This document shows, in pieces, positions 63,052 through 64,000 of a stretch of 64,000 nucleotides of DNA; position 1 is the stretch's first letter, and every line of letters starts with the position of its first letter. The position numbers and the translations under genes are program-made. The notes beneath the pieces were generated by a model. The model made no database searches and was not told the DNA's origin. It saw nothing but the letters and a program-made list of their open reading frames with translations. The DNA is from Escherichia phage dhabil, in the sequence record MN850621.1; one strand, written 5' to 3'.

Positions 63052-63950
63052 TGTTTGTGGAGTTCAGTAGAACCTGTAGGTTTATATTTTACACCAGTTT
63101 CCTGGTCAAGCAAAACCCACTTATCAGGACAACGAGTAATAATTTGAGCCGTAATAGGGTCACGAACTTCATCGACAAATTCACCCGTAATAAGCTTACG
63201 CTTACGAGGATGCCGCTTCAGCAGCACACTCAGTTGATACAAACCATTATAATAAGCACCCAGAGCTTTCAGAGGGTTATTCTTAAAGTAACCTGCCAGA
63301 GCCATCCAAATAACGGCAATCCAGAGCTTGTGCTTAAATGTGCACATAGGGATATCGTCTAAAGGCATAACCTTTTCGATATCAACGAATACACGAGTTC
63401 CGTTACGAGTTAATCCACCCCATAGAGGGTCTGAGTTAAATTTATCATAGCCATCGATAGAATAAAGCACCTTAGCTTCATCATAAATCGCAGGGCCTTT
63501 AGAACTATTACCGAAATAACCGCGTGGGTCGATGATTTTAATATCACCTTCGTCCGACAGCATAATATTACTGTAGTGCGGGTCGCCATGAATAAGTTGG
63601 TATGGTTCTTTATGTTCAGACAGAATTTCTAGTGCATGGCGGAGAAGTTTTTCAGGGTCGCCTACTTTGAAATCGTTAACGTGGGTAATGCCTTGTGGAG
63701 CAAAGCCTTCAATCAATCCAGCAATAGAAGCATTACGAATAAGGACCTTGTCCAATACTTCTTTCTTAACATCAGAATACCATTGTTCATCGGACGGATT
63801 ATCGATAGTTCCACCAAATGAACGTAATGCACTAATGACCTTATAAACCATGAGGACTTTAGTTTCTTTGGACATAAAGCGGTAGGCATCTGCCATGGTA
63901 CGACCAAAGATACGTTCCATTTTAATGAATTCGCCTGGAGAAAAGTCCAC
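63036..63950 (-). CDS. APH/choline-kinase-fold phosphotransferase
   Basis: 304 aa; catalytic loop HGDPHYSN (Brenner motif) and IDPRG metal-binding element. Confidence 0.6.
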   Translation of the reverse strand: MDFSPGEFIKMERIFGRTMADAYRFMSKETKVLMVYKVISALRSFGGTIDNPSDEQWYSDVKKEVLDKVLIRNASIAGLIEGFAPQGITHVNDFKVGDPEKLLRHALEILSEHKEPYQLIHGDPHYSNIMLSDEGDIKIIDPRGYFGNSSKGPAIYDEAKVLYSIDGYDKFNSDPLWGGLTRNGTRVFVDIEKVMPLDDIPMCTFKHKLWIAVIWMALAGYFKNNPLKALGAYYNGLYQLSVLLKRHPRKRKLITGEFVDEVRDPITAQIITRCPDKWVLLDQETGVKYKPTGSTELHKQWKKI

Positions 63951-64000
63951 AATACTAGGAACAAATTCAGAATCAATAGAATTATACCAATTGATTTCTT

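Overview
This window is a 64 kb stretch of a T4-like (T-even, Tevenvirinae-type) myovirus genome. It is collinear with phage T4 as I recall its map, but the proteins are clearly diverged from T4 itself, and the statements of resemblance to T4 proteins come from memory, not from an alignment or database search. Left to right: gene 31 and the nucleotide-metabolism block (cd, pseT, spanin pair, rnlA, denA, nrdB, nrdA, td, frd) and replication genes 32, 59, 33, dsbA, rnh, all on the minus strand; then the plus-strand long-tail-fiber operon 34-35-36-37-38 with holin t; then a long minus-strand early region (asiA, motA, 52, ndd, rIIB, rIIA, unsplit topoisomerase gene 39, dexA, dda, two Mod-type ADP-ribosyltransferases, soc, 56, 61, sp, dmd, 41, 40, uvsX, 42). 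The most interesting part is the right end: the beta-glucosyltransferase slot between uvsX and 42 holds an unrelated-looking 297-aa protein, and upstream of gene 42 sit a P-loop kinase, a small HAD phosphatase and an APH-fold kinase that T4 does not have there. I read this as a candidate, possibly undescribed, hydroxymethyl-cytosine hypermodification or sugar-donor pathway; it is truncated by the window edge. Regulatory signals are dense and readable: 18 early-promoter cassettes (GTTTAC-N17/18-TAYTAT plus a conserved leader), three late TATAAATA boxes on the tail-fiber/holin operon, two MotA-box-like middle promoters, and a family of CGAA/UUCG tetraloop hairpins. No tRNA, CRISPR array, intron or homing-endonuclease gene was found. 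Several short membrane-peptide ORFs under 60 aa are missing from the six-frame track. Many ORF-track N-termini are over-extended; starts were re-placed where an ATG with a Shine-Dalgarno sequence was evident.
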